Of a stretch of 64,000 nucleotides of DNA, positions 1 to 9,799 are shown piece by piece (position 1 is the first letter of the stretch; every line of letters starts with the position of its first letter). The notes under the pieces are model-generated. The model ran no database searches. It was not told where the DNA came from and worked only from the letters and a program-made list of their open reading frames with translations. The translations under genes were made by a program, and so were the position numbers. Location of the stretch: IMG/VR virus record IMGVR_UViG_3300020187_001966, one strand, 5' to 3'. Source of the stretch: a virus. Its lineage: Duplodnaviria; Caudoviricetes.

Positions 1-167
1 AATTGATGCCCTCGCAGAATTATGTAACAAATTAGGTCACTATGGTCTAAAATATAAAACAGATTTTTACTGGGAAGACTTCCAGTATGGTTCGCAAGGT
101 GGACAAACAATTAGGTTGACATTCCGTTCAAAGGATGTTATGTTAACGGCAAAGATAGGATTAATAA

Positions 168-674
168 ATGATTAAAAAACATTATTACAGTTGGACTGAC
201 ATTGAACGCATGTGTGTTAGTATTGTTAATCAAATGTACAAGGACAACTGGCGTCCTGATTACATTGTAGGACTTACTCGTGGAGGGAATGTACCTGCTA
301 CTATTATTAGTAACATGACAGGCATTCGTTGCGAAGCACTTAAAGTAAGTTTACGTGATGATGACAGTGAAAGCGAAAGTAACTGTTGGATGGCAGAAGA
401 TGCTTACGATGGAAAAAACATTCTTATTGTAGACGACATTAACGATACTGGTGCTACATTTAATTGGATTATAGATGATTGGCAAGCAGGATGTTTTCCA
501 AATGATGTCGCTGGTTGGAAATCAGCGTGGGGTCAAAATGTAAGATTTGCTACACTAACAGACAACTTAGCAAGTGAATTTAAAGGGCAGTGTGCGTACA
601 CTTGTCATGAAATTAATAAAGCAGAAGAGGATGTGTGGTTAGTTTATCCTTGGGAAAATGTAGGAGAATACTAA
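168..674 (+). CDS. Type I phosphoribosyltransferase (xanthine/guanine PRTase-like)
   Basis: IVGLTRGG motif and PRPP-binding loop ILIVDDINDTGAT. Confidence 0.85.
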   Translation: MIKKHYYSWTDIERMCVSIVNQMYKDNWRPDYIVGLTRGGNVPATIISNMTGIRCEALKVSLRDDDSESESNCWMAEDAYDGKNILIVDDINDTGATFNWIIDDWQAGCFPNDVAGWKSAWGQNVRFATLTDNLASEFKGQCAYTCHEINKAEEDVWLVYPWENVGEY

Positions 675-856
675 TGGGTAAAGCAGAAAAAACAGAAGAA
701 GACGCAAGATTAGTTAAAGAGTTTTTAGCTAAAAAAGGTAACAAGATAACTGTGTTACCAGCACACGCAAGAACAGATCCAGATGATATAGTGTATACTT
801 TTAAAGTAGGCAAGCGTGGAAGACCAGCTGCTAAGCCGCCAGCAAAAGACAAATAA
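674..856 (+). CDS. Small basic hypothetical protein (KRGRP motif)
   Basis: ATG at 674 overlaps the PRTase stop (TAATG); GGAG RBS upstream; start moved from 635. Confidence 0.65.
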   Translation: MGKAEKTEEDARLVKEFLAKKGNKITVLPAHARTDPDDIVYTFKVGKRGRPAAKPPAKDK

Positions 857-857
857 C

Positions 858-1109
858 ATGGCGTTTGAATGGAATAAAATACACAAGTATGAAGATAACT
901 TTGAACGTGAAATTATTGAATCAGTAGATGAATATGTTTTCGAATACTATGGTGTAGAAGAACTAGAAGAACTTACTGACAATCAAGTTTCTGAAATTGA
1001 AACATTTGCATCAGAACTAAATGAATACAGTGTTATGCAAATAGGTATAAACAACCTAATGATGCGATATGAAGATGTAAAATACGATCGGGAGAATAAT
1101 AATGACTAA
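858..1109 (+). CDS. Acidic hypothetical protein
   Basis: ATG directly after the previous stop; start moved from 816. Confidence 0.6.
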   Translation: MAFEWNKIHKYEDNFEREIIESVDEYVFEYYGVEELEELTDNQVSEIETFASELNEYSVMQIGINNLMMRYEDVKYDRENNND

Positions 1110-1845
1110 GAAATATTTTTTACGTGGTAGCAATTATGGCGGCGAAATGACCATTGGCACAGTGACCCCAGAGTTTGTTACTTACTGGCATGAACGTGAT
1201 CAAGATGAATTACTTGATCATCTTATGGCACTTGAATCTGGAGAAGATGCTGGAGAAGAAGAAGGATTTGATCCTGATAGTCCTGACATTTTACCAGAAG
1301 GCGAATACTATAATAGTTGGTATGATATTGAAGATATCCATCACCAAACTGCTTCAAATGGAACAGAAGTTATGGTATTTCCATGTACTACTGGAGAACA
1401 TGGCGAGCCAAACTATGAGTGGGAAGACCGTATCGATATAGAGCCATATCAGTTGTATGGTAGAGAATGTTATACACAAGAAGAACCAGCAGATGGTGAA
1501 GAAGATGACAGTGTACCTGTATTAGTATTTTATAGTTCAGAAAAAGGCGACTTTGGCGGATGGACTCTTGAACTAGCTGATGATGAAGAGTTTAATAAAG
1601 ACTTGATTACTGTCAGTATTGTGGAAACAGATCATGGCGAAATGATTGAACGATTATGGTATAACAAAACAGAAATTGAGAAAGAATACGATTGGTGCGA
1701 TAGCCGAGGTAAAGGTTACTATGCTAGTGTATCTTGGTTCAACAAACGTTGGGAAGATCAGCCAATGGCTGAAGATAGCGACGAGTGGAAAGAAGCATGG
1801 GAATGGTACCAAGAAGAGCTAGACGAAAAAGAAGAATCAAAATAG
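1102..1845 (+). CDS. Acidic hypothetical protein
   Basis: 247-aa ORF with GGGAG RBS, overlapping the previous gene. Confidence 0.75.
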   Translation: MTKKYFLRGSNYGGEMTIGTVTPEFVTYWHERDQDELLDHLMALESGEDAGEEEGFDPDSPDILPEGEYYNSWYDIEDIHHQTASNGTEVMVFPCTTGEHGEPNYEWEDRIDIEPYQLYGRECYTQEEPADGEEDDSVPVLVFYSSEKGDFGGWTLELADDEEFNKDLITVSIVETDHGEMIERLWYNKTEIEKEYDWCDSRGKGYYASVSWFNKRWEDQPMAEDSDEWKEAWEWYQEELDEKEESK

Positions 1846-1851
1846 TATACG

Positions 1852-1859
1852 TATAAATA
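1852..1859 (+). promoter_or_regulatory. T4-type late promoter TATAAATA
   Basis: Exact T4 late consensus in an intergenic gap, 5 nt before ATG 1865. Confidence 0.7.
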
Positions 1860-1864
1860 ATAAC

Positions 1865-2971
1865 ATGAGATATACACAGTTTAAACCAGATAACATTAAT
1901 GAAGGCGGCAATAGTTCAGGAGTACGTTACAACAGTGAAGTAGGCTTACTACATACGTTTGCTGGAGCAAAAGAATTTGATCCTAATGATGTTGCTGGAA
2001 GTTTTGACTTATCAAAATTAGAAAACCCAGAAGCTGTTGTTGCTGGAATACAAAAGTTTTTAGTACCAGATTACAATGAGAAGATTTTTTCTGCTTGGAG
2101 AAATATTGGTGAACTGTATCAATCACATATGGCTAGTAAATTGTCTACTATGCCTACTCGCTTTGGTTGGGTAGGTGGTGCTAATGCTGGACCAGTTGCT
2201 GATGTAGAATTTATTGATCATGAATGTTCTGGTATTAGTGTTAAAGATGCTGGTGGTATTACACTTAAAAATCTAACTCCAAAATCACTAGGCATTGATG
2301 GCGAATACGGTATTGACGTATTTGCGTATCATGCTGAAGAAGATTATATTAAAATGAAGCAAGCAATCTTTAATGATGTTATGGATCTTGCACAGAAAAG
2401 TCCAGACACTCGCATTGCGCCAATAACAGACAAATACGCTATTACATATCTATCGCAACAAGATAAATTTTATTGCGAAGGTAAAAACAAAGTAGAACTA
2501 TCACGCAACGATATTTTAAATTCAGTATCAAAGAATGCCAAATGGCAACGTGTTTTTGGAGATTGGTTCCAAGCTAATTGGTCCACTAAGAAACAGTATG
2601 CTGAACCACTATACTTAGATATTGCCAAAACTTTTGAGAAAGTTATTGAAAACTCATTACAAGACAGATCTAAATTAACAACAACACTAGCATTTGAAGA
2701 CAAATCGTATTTTTATGCTACGCCTAAGAGCTTATTCTTTGTCCCAAGTGTTAATGACTTAGACGATATTTCCATTAAAAATTTAAAATATGGAGCACCA
2801 GACGGTACTTCACAAAAGTACCTTGCTGAAATTGGTATGCCAGGTAGTATAGAAAATGCCGCAATTATAATATACATTCGTTATGCTAATGGCATGTTTG
2901 AAACTAACCCAACAGTCAGAATACAGAGTTTAAGGAACCCTGAGTTTATTGGCTGGCAAAAACTAGTATAA
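1865..2971 (+). CDS. Putative PD-(D/E)XK nuclease-fold late protein, possibly capsid-packaged
   Basis: AD-x8-ISVK resembles the PD-(D/E)XK active site; N-terminus MRYTQF..INE resembles T4 capsid-targeting/gp21 cleavage leaders. Confidence 0.45.
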   Translation: MRYTQFKPDNINEGGNSSGVRYNSEVGLLHTFAGAKEFDPNDVAGSFDLSKLENPEAVVAGIQKFLVPDYNEKIFSAWRNIGELYQSHMASKLSTMPTRFGWVGGANAGPVADVEFIDHECSGISVKDAGGITLKNLTPKSLGIDGEYGIDVFAYHAEEDYIKMKQAIFNDVMDLAQKSPDTRIAPITDKYAITYLSQQDKFYCEGKNKVELSRNDILNSVSKNAKWQRVFGDWFQANWSTKKQYAEPLYLDIAKTFEKVIENSLQDRSKLTTTLAFEDKSYFYATPKSLFFVPSVNDLDDISIKNLKYGAPDGTSQKYLAEIGMPGSIENAAIIIYIRYANGMFETNPTVRIQSLRNPEFIGWQKLV

Positions 2972-2978
2972 AAATATC

Positions 2979-3007
2979 TTGACAATTAAAAGTTATCGTA
3001 GTATAGT
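2979..3007 (+). promoter_or_regulatory. sigma70-type promoter
   Basis: TTGACA-17 nt-TATAGT upstream of 3046. Confidence 0.75.
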
Positions 3008-3045
3008 GTTACTATACAAGGTGTCATAATGACTACAGGACAACA

Positions 3046-3969
3046 ATGCTTAAACCAGTTAATGAAAATCTAGACAGTGTTACAATAACAGATGTGGAAG
3101 ATCACAAACTGATTAGTAATGATGATCTAAATCGAGATCTTAAAAACTTAAAGAACTTTGATGCTGATGAGAATCGCAATAACTTTTATGGCAATCCTTT
3201 CCTATATCACTTTCAATTTAAAAACTTACTAAACTGTAAGCGTGAAAAAGGCAAAACTATTCATGAGCTGTATGCTGATAAACCAGCATGGAAAAAACTT
3301 ATAGATAGCGCACGTAAGCGTAACAGAGGCGGGCGTACTGCCGCAGGTAATATTTTTGAGTGCTTTAGAATTAATCTTGGTAGTATTGTAATGTTTAAAA
3401 GTACAACAGCCAAGTATCTATACAAGAAGTATTCAGTTAAAAGTGTATTAGATCCTACAGCAGGTTGGGGTGGACGTATGCTTGGTGCTTGGGCATTAGG
3501 CATTAACTATACTGGCATTGATACAAATACTAATATGAAATCAGCATATGATCGTATGATGAAGTATCTTAGCGGCTATAGTGAATTTAATAATCCACTA
3601 ATAGAAGAAGAACAATCTGGTAAATTAGAAATGATTTGGCAAAGCGCACTTGATGTAGACTTTAGTAAGTTAGAGTATGACTTTGTGTTAACAAGTCCTC
3701 CATATGTTAATCTAGAAATATATGAACACATGGAAGTATGGGATAGTGACGAAGCATTTTATAAAGGATTCTTCATTCCTATCTGGCAAAAGTGTGTTGA
3801 CAATATACAAGCAGGAGGACATGTGTGCTTTAACATTAGTCCTAAAATGTATGATGATGCTGTCGCAAACGGACTGCCAGTATGTGATGATGAAGAAGAC
3901 TTAAAGCAACAACTAGGCCAACAAACAGGCAAAAAGAAACAAGACAAAATATACATTTGGAAATGTTGA
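3046..3969 (+). CDS. DNA N4-C/N6-A methyltransferase
   Basis: SAM-binding motif LDPTAGWGGR and catalytic TSPPY. Confidence 0.85.
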   Translation: MLKPVNENLDSVTITDVEDHKLISNDDLNRDLKNLKNFDADENRNNFYGNPFLYHFQFKNLLNCKREKGKTIHELYADKPAWKKLIDSARKRNRGGRTAAGNIFECFRINLGSIVMFKSTTAKYLYKKYSVKSVLDPTAGWGGRMLGAWALGINYTGIDTNTNMKSAYDRMMKYLSGYSEFNNPLIEEEQSGKLEMIWQSALDVDFSKLEYDFVLTSPPYVNLEIYEHMEVWDSDEAFYKGFFIPIWQKCVDNIQAGGHVCFNISPKMYDDAVANGLPVCDDEEDLKQQLGQQTGKKKQDKIYIWKC

Positions 3970-4187
3970 AAGGAATTAACTTGACAAATAGTGAACCATA
4001 TCGTAAAATAGATAATAATAATTGGGTTATTACTGTACAAGAACAGGGCGAAACAAAAGAGCTGTTTGTAGAATTTCCTCCTGATGCGCTTAATCAAGTA
4101 GGATGGGATGTAGGAGATACTCTTGTATGGCAAGAACTTGACCATGGAGCATGGAGTTTAACAAAGAAGGATGAAGATGAAACTTAG
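3963..4187 (+). CDS. AbrB/SpoVT-like small protein
   Basis: FVEFPPDALNQVGWDVGDTLVW pattern of swapped-hairpin proteins; start moved from TTG 3957. Confidence 0.5.
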   Translation: MLKGINLTNSEPYRKIDNNNWVITVQEQGETKELFVEFPPDALNQVGWDVGDTLVWQELDHGAWSLTKKDEDET

Positions 4188-5070
4188 ATATAGTGAAGCG
4201 TTTTATAGCGTACAAGGCGAAGGTAAGTTTGTAGGAGTACCTAGTGTGTTCTTGCGTACTTTTGGTTGTAACTTTCGTTGTATGAACTTTGGCTTAAAGA
4301 ACGAGCCAATGCGTGATGTAAAACAAAAAGCAGGCATTATTCATAATGCTGAAGTACAAGGATTACTTGACGCAGGTGTACATGAAACAACTAAAGAGTT
4401 TACAGACCTGCCTATTATCCACACAGGTTGCGATACATACGCAAGTATCTATCCAGAGTTTAAACACTTTAATCGACAAGCAACTGTAGATGAAGTAGTT
4501 GAACACTTACTTAGTCTATTACCCGAAGGCAAATGGACAATGGACAATGGTCAAGACGTACATTTGATTATGACAGGCGGCGAACCATTGTTAGCATGGC
4601 AACGCCTGTATGTAGAACTATTTGAGCATCCACGCATGAAAGATTTAAAAAATGTTACATTTGAAACAAACACTACACAACATCTACACGACGAGTTATT
4701 CGAATATCTCAACAATAGCGACAGAATTACAGTCACTTGGAGTTGTTCCCCAAAACTTAGTGTCAGTGGAGAACCTTGGGAAACTGCTATTAAACCTGAT
4801 GTTGCTAGTGAGTACCAGTGTGTTACTGATAGCGACCTTTATCTTAAGTTTGTTGTGGCTACTGCTGACGACTTTGACGAAGTTACGAGGGCTGTGGAGG
4901 CTTACAGAAGTGCCGGGGTGGAATGTCCAGTATATCTTATGCCAATGGGCGGTCGCAGTGAAGAATATTCCCTCAACGTTAAAGACGTGGCTGAAGCGTG
5001 TATGGAAAGAGGATGGAGATTCACACCCAGACTACACATATCACTCTTCGGAAATGCCTGGGGAACTTAA
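4177..5070 (+). CDS. queE: 7-carboxy-7-deazaguanine synthase-like radical SAM enzyme
   Basis: FYSVQGEG..GVPSVFLRTFGCNFRC...GCDT, TGGEPLL, ETN, SCSPKL, PRLH motifs; second ATG has the better RBS spacing. Confidence 0.85.
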   Translation: MKLRYSEAFYSVQGEGKFVGVPSVFLRTFGCNFRCMNFGLKNEPMRDVKQKAGIIHNAEVQGLLDAGVHETTKEFTDLPIIHTGCDTYASIYPEFKHFNRQATVDEVVEHLLSLLPEGKWTMDNGQDVHLIMTGGEPLLAWQRLYVELFEHPRMKDLKNVTFETNTTQHLHDELFEYLNNSDRITVTWSCSPKLSVSGEPWETAIKPDVASEYQCVTDSDLYLKFVVATADDFDEVTRAVEAYRSAGVECPVYLMPMGGRSEEYSLNVKDVAEACMERGWRFTPRLHISLFGNAWGT

Positions 5071-5139
5071 ACAAAACGAACAGTTACGTAGGGCAATGGA
5101 AGCACCAATTAATTATGAGAAGATACGTAAAGAACTATA

Positions 5140-6246
5140 ATGATCGACGAGATATATAAATTCTGGAATATAACACCTGAGTATATCTTTAGTGACGAGT
5201 TTACAGGGTACGAAGACTTGTATCCTGAATTCGACAAACACACAAAAGAAACTTATGAACGTGATCCAGACGGTACCATAAATGCCGTCTTTGCTCTGTA
5301 TCGTACAAGAGGTATTGTTCCTATTATATACTATACTGAGACAGGACTAAAGACTGCTATACGTGAATTCTGTAATAAGTCATACAACAATGTCCAAGGA
5401 GATAGATTAGGGTTAGGCAATAATGCTGGACAAACTATCAATCGCTTTATCTTTACAAACATGCAAACAGCAGAGCCCAAGGGTCGTGGAAGTAACAGTC
5501 TTAAAGATAGGTTTTTTGATGATGCTAAACTAAAACGTGCTATACGTATTTGTTTTGAGTTTAGAGAAGGCAACAAGTTGTGTTATCCTACAGCAATGCG
5601 CAGAAGTCTAGAGCTAGTTACTGGAGAAAATGTAACTAACTTTAAAGCACAAAACGCCAAAAGTATTGTTGAGCGTCTGTGTCCAGTTATATGGGGTAAT
5701 GTATACGACTATAGTTGTGGTTATGGCGGACGTTTACTTGGTATTACTAGCAGTAACATGCGGTATAAGTATATTGGTACAGACCCAAACACAGAAACAT
5801 ATCAATATTTAAATTACTTAAACAGTATAATTGGCGGTAACGCAGAGATACATTGCCAAACATCACAGGACTTTCAACCAGAAGATATAGACTTAGCATT
5901 TAGTAGTCCTCCTTACTTTAACTTAGAAAAGTACAGTGATGAGCCTACACAGTGTATGGTACAATTTAATACACTGGACGAATGGTTTGATGGATATACT
6001 GTTCCTACTATGGAAAATATATACCGTGGATTAAATAATGATGGTATTTTTGCTACTAACATAGCAGATTACAAAACTACAAAAGATGAATTCAAAGTTG
6101 TAGATAGATGGATACAAACCGCAGAGAAGGTTGGGTTCAAACATACAGAAACAATTAAGATGATGCTTAACACACGGCCTGGTGTTGGCAATGATAAACT
6201 AGCAGGTCGAGAAAAGTGGGAAGGCGTATACGTCTTCACCAAATAA
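5140..6246 (+). CDS. DNA N4-C/N6-A methyltransferase (second copy)
   Basis: YDYSCGYGGR motif I and FSSPPY motif IV. Confidence 0.85.
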   Translation: MIDEIYKFWNITPEYIFSDEFTGYEDLYPEFDKHTKETYERDPDGTINAVFALYRTRGIVPIIYYTETGLKTAIREFCNKSYNNVQGDRLGLGNNAGQTINRFIFTNMQTAEPKGRGSNSLKDRFFDDAKLKRAIRICFEFREGNKLCYPTAMRRSLELVTGENVTNFKAQNAKSIVERLCPVIWGNVYDYSCGYGGRLLGITSSNMRYKYIGTDPNTETYQYLNYLNSIIGGNAEIHCQTSQDFQPEDIDLAFSSPPYFNLEKYSDEPTQCMVQFNTLDEWFDGYTVPTMENIYRGLNNDGIFATNIADYKTTKDEFKVVDRWIQTAEKVGFKHTETIKMMLNTRPGVGNDKLAGREKWEGVYVFTK

Positions 6247-6258
6247 AAAGGTTAATAA

Positions 6259-7350
6259 ATGAACAACTATATTTTTACAAGCGAAAGTGTAAGTGACGGT
6301 CATCCAGATAAAGTAGCAGATCAGATATCTGATGCCCTGGTGGATGCTGGACTAGCTAATGGCGACGAGACAACTCGTGTTGCTGTTGAAACACTTGTAA
6401 CCACTAACCATGTAACGGTAGCGGGTGAAGTAAAGAACTTTAATGTAAACAACGTAAAAGAGATTATACGTGACAAAGTTAAAGAAATCGGATACGAACA
6501 AGACGGGTTCCATTGGGACAACTTAAACATCTACAATGAGATACACGCACAAAGTGGAGACATTGCTCTAGGCACAGACGACTTTGGAGCAGGAGATCAA
6601 GGACTAATGTTTGGCTATGCTTGTAATCATACAGACAGTATGATGCCAGCACCTATTCATTACAGTCACGAGATCTTAAAGAACTTGAAAAGCAAGCGTG
6701 GTAATATACTAGGACCAGATGCTAAGAGTCAAGTAAGTGTAGAGTACTATGGTGCTAGACGTGACGGTGTAATCAAACGCATTGATCAAGTCGTGATAAG
6801 TACTCAGCACACAGAAGGCAATGTACAAGAGGCTCGACACCTTTGTAAACTTGCCGCAATGGAAGAATTAGGAGATTTAGTCGATGAAAGAACTACATGG
6901 CATCTTAACCCTACTGGAAATTTCGTTATTGGCGGTCCTGACGGTGATGCTGGTGTTACTGGGCGAAAAATTATTGTTGATACTTATGGGGGTTTTGCTC
7001 CTCATGGTGGCGGTGCGTTTAGTGGCAAAGACCCAACAAAAGTCGACAGAAGTGCAGCCTACATGGCCAGATGGCTTGCGAAGAATGTAGTAGCAGACAG
7101 CATGGCAGACTGGTGTAATATCCAGTTATCTTATGCTATTGGTGTAAAAGAACCTACAAGCATTTATGTTGACAGTAATGGACACAATGCTAGTATTGCT
7201 AACTTTATTGAGCGTGAAATTGACTTAACCCCAAAAGGAATCATTGACAGATTTGATTTATTCAACTATACTAACTATAGCGAAAACTGCACATACGGAC
7301 ACTTTGGAAACAAAGATGTACCATGGGAAAGGATTGGATGGAATGCTTAA
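6259..7350 (+). CDS. metK: S-adenosylmethionine synthetase
   Basis: FTSESVSDGHPDK, GAGDQG, GGPDGDAGVTGRKIIVDTYGG, GGGAFSGKDPTKVDRSAAY signatures. Confidence 0.98.
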   Translation: MNNYIFTSESVSDGHPDKVADQISDALVDAGLANGDETTRVAVETLVTTNHVTVAGEVKNFNVNNVKEIIRDKVKEIGYEQDGFHWDNLNIYNEIHAQSGDIALGTDDFGAGDQGLMFGYACNHTDSMMPAPIHYSHEILKNLKSKRGNILGPDAKSQVSVEYYGARRDGVIKRIDQVVISTQHTEGNVQEARHLCKLAAMEELGDLVDERTTWHLNPTGNFVIGGPDGDAGVTGRKIIVDTYGGFAPHGGGAFSGKDPTKVDRSAAYMARWLAKNVVADSMADWCNIQLSYAIGVKEPTSIYVDSNGHNASIANFIEREIDLTPKGIIDRFDLFNYTNYSENCTYGHFGNKDVPWERIGWNA

Positions 7351-7606
7351 TAAACTAAAAAACGTTTTTTCCAAAAGTAAAGAAGTAACAAAAGAGACTG
7401 CTATTGGTCCTTGGGTTAAAGTTATTGAAGTACATTTTGATAAAGAGAACCCAACACAAGGTTACTTTGAACTAGATTGGAACGAAGATTTTGTAGGACT
7501 GCTAGGAGAAGCTGGCTATGCTGGTGAGACACCTGAAAAAATTGTTGACTTATGGTTTAACGATTTGTGCCGCAGTGTCGCACTAGACGCTACTGGCGAA
7601 GACTAG
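7343..7606 (+). CDS. Hypothetical protein
   Basis: ATG overlapping the metK end; YFELDWNEDF motif; start moved from 7244. Confidence 0.6.
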   Translation: MLNKLKNVFSKSKEVTKETAIGPWVKVIEVHFDKENPTQGYFELDWNEDFVGLLGEAGYAGETPEKIVDLWFNDLCRSVALDATGED

Positions 7607-7610
7607 AGCT

Positions 7611-7847
7611 ATGACGCCAATAGAGATATTCGAATATAAAAAGAACTGGCAACGTGGAACGTGCTACAGTGTACGTCTACATTCTGATCTCAGAGATCGT
7701 GGAAAAGAATGGTGCAAGGTTCAATTACTGTCGACACAATGGGACTTTAAAAAATACACTGATAACTATGAGGACACTTATATGTTTGAATATAAACAAG
7801 ATGCGGATAACTTTTCCACACAATGGCCGGAGTTTACTAACCAATGA
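7611..7847 (+). CDS. Hypothetical protein
   Basis: 78-aa ORF tightly packed, ATGA overlap with the next gene. Confidence 0.65.
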   Translation: MTPIEIFEYKKNWQRGTCYSVRLHSDLRDRGKEWCKVQLLSTQWDFKKYTDNYEDTYMFEYKQDADNFSTQWPEFTNQ

Positions 7848-8314
7848 AAGTTAAAATTGGAAAATATCCTACTCATAGGTTCTATCACAACTGGTTATAC
7901 AACTGGTTTGGTTATAGTCAACAGCAACGAACAAGTATAAAGATTCACAAGTATGATACCTGGAGCATGGATAATACTCTTGCTCCTATTATCCTACCTA
8001 TGCTAGTACAACTAAACGCTACAAAAATTGGCGCTCCGATAGTAGATATGAAGGACGTTCCTAAAGAACTACGTGCTACTAAAAAAGAACTATCTGTATA
8101 CAGTAAAGGCGGTGAGACTGATCCAAAACATTTCGAACGTTGGGATTGGATCTTAGATGAAATGATCTGGGCATTTGAACAAAAGTGTCGTGATGATTGG
8201 ATGGAAAATTACGATTACAACAAGTGGGATAGCGAAGGAGTTAAGGCACATCAAGACCGTATGTCAAACGGATTTAAACTATTTGGAAAGTATTACGAAA
8301 ATTTATGGACGTAA
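7844..8314 (+). CDS. Hypothetical protein
   Basis: 156-aa ORF, ATGA-coupled. Confidence 0.7.
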   Translation: MKVKIGKYPTHRFYHNWLYNWFGYSQQQRTSIKIHKYDTWSMDNTLAPIILPMLVQLNATKIGAPIVDMKDVPKELRATKKELSVYSKGGETDPKHFERWDWILDEMIWAFEQKCRDDWMENYDYNKWDSEGVKAHQDRMSNGFKLFGKYYENLWT

Positions 8315-8983
8315 CTTACAATGCTTGTTATGGTTTCTATAGAAGTTAGGTGATTGTTTAGTAGTATGTCCACATTTAGTACAAGTAACAAGTTTAGGAT
8401 CTTTGTCAGTAAGGCGATTAGGATTATGCTTACAGCGATCCATATGCCAACGATTCATATTCTTATAGTCACCAGTTTTGTCGCAATGTGGGCAAGTAAG
8501 CGTAGTAGTATCCTGTAGACGATTACGCATATTGGCAATGTGTTCCTCAGATTTAGGAACACCTGCATGAGCAAGTCGTATTTTGTCTTTAGTTTCGCTA
8601 CTATGTGTCTTTCCAGTCATTGTGCCTCTACCTTGCATAGTGCGTTTGAAACTTGCTACTCTGTTAACAATATGCTCTTCAGACATAGGACCAGTAGGAA
8701 GGAACATGCCGTTGATATTCTTGTTTAACCATTTATCGCTTTTAAGTACGTTCAACTTCTCAAGGGCTTTACGCTCATGAAGTTTACACTTATTATCATC
8801 ATTGAACACTGTGCGAACTTGTATAATATCAGGTTCTCCGTGTTCTTTACGAAACGCTTTAACGTGTTTAGAGGAAGTGAAATATGTATTCCATAAATCG
8901 TCAGGTGAGCAATCTTTTGCCCAGCGAGCACCGTAGTAAAACTTATCGTGTTTGCTCCATCCTATTAGATATGTGTAAGCCAT
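8303..8983 (-). mobile_element. Free-standing GIY-YIG (Seg-like) homing endonuclease with NUMOD3-like repeats and Cys/His tail
   Basis: N-terminal YTYLIGW..KFYYG..YFTSS, basic repeats GKTHSSETKDKI/GVPKSEEHIANM, C-terminal CPHC and CTKC; antisense to neighbours; GGAGA RBS. Confidence 0.75.
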
Positions 8984-9011
8984 TGACAATCTCCTTTAAC
9001 CGTGTTATAGT

Positions 9012-9019
9012 TATTTATC
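9012..9019 (-). promoter_or_regulatory. Late-promoter-like GATAAATA for the endonuclease
   Basis: 1 mismatch to TATAAATA, about 30 nt upstream of ATG 8983. Confidence 0.45.
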
Positions 9020-9091
9020 ATTTGCGTAAGAAAATTTGTGGGACTAATAGTTCCAGCCAAAACTACACATATAATTTATGGGATTAAAGAT

Positions 9092-9388
9092 ATGAATGAA
9101 CAACAAAAAACCGACATTCAACAACAACTTAAACAAGGAGAAGTTGTTATTGAGTTTACTAAGATAAACGGCGACTATCGCAAGATGACATGTACACTTA
9201 GTAAAGATATTATTCCAAAAGCAACTAAGAAAGATCCGCTTACTGAAGAAAAAGTACGTAAGATTAATCCAGAAGTATGTGTTGTATATGATACCAATGC
9301 CAATGGCTGGCGCAGTTTTCGATGGGATACTTTAATTGATGCGTTGCCGGCAGAAGAAGATAGTTTAGATTTTGATGTACAAGATTAA
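9092..9388 (+). CDS. SH3/WYL-like beta-barrel phage protein (DUF2693-like)
   Basis: FTKINGDYRKMTCTL...VYD...WRSFR motif; start moved from 9038. Confidence 0.65.
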   Translation: MNEQQKTDIQQQLKQGEVVIEFTKINGDYRKMTCTLSKDIIPKATKKDPLTEEKVRKINPEVCVVYDTNANGWRSFRWDTLIDALPAEEDSLDFDVQD

Positions 9389-9396
9389 AATAGTGC

Positions 9397-9425
9397 TTGA
9401 CAAACTACAAAATTTGTTTAATAAT
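9397..9425 (+). promoter_or_regulatory. Possible sigma70-type promoter
   Basis: GTGC-TTGACA with a weak -10 (AATAAT at 17 nt). Confidence 0.45.
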
Positions 9426-9457
9426 ACACAAGAACAATAACAACAAGGACGATACCG

Positions 9458-9790
9458 ATGCCGATGATGTATAAGCAGCCTGTTTGCAGCAGGCGGTATG
9501 ACAGGTACAGTGCATATATGTTTCGTGACAAAAATGAAATGGATATGCGATTCAATCCAAGAAACTTGTTGTTAGAATTTTTACAGTATGATGCTGTAAA
9601 CTGGTTTGTTGAAAACGGTATTCCCCTAAGTGTTGAAACACACGAAGTACCTAAAACTATGGAGATGCAAGCCGATTTATTTGCTTCGTTTACAGCAGAG
9701 CAGCATAACCAGTGGCGTGAGAAAAAAATCATTGACAAACTGCAAAATTCGTATAATAATAAACAAGACAAAACAGATTATCCATTTTAA
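9458..9790 (+). CDS. Hypothetical protein
   Basis: 110-aa ORF with AAGGA RBS. Confidence 0.65.
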   Translation: MPMMYKQPVCSRRYDRYSAYMFRDKNEMDMRFNPRNLLLEFLQYDAVNWFVENGIPLSVETHEVPKTMEMQADLFASFTAEQHNQWREKKIIDKLQNSYNNKQDKTDYPF

Positions 9791-9799
9791 GGACACAAT

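Noticed and set aside
4652-5140. 162-aa + strand ORF overlapping queE
   Set aside because: It is an alternative frame inside a well-supported gene. Only the last 28 or so codons lie in the gap and could be a minigene, which is unsupported.
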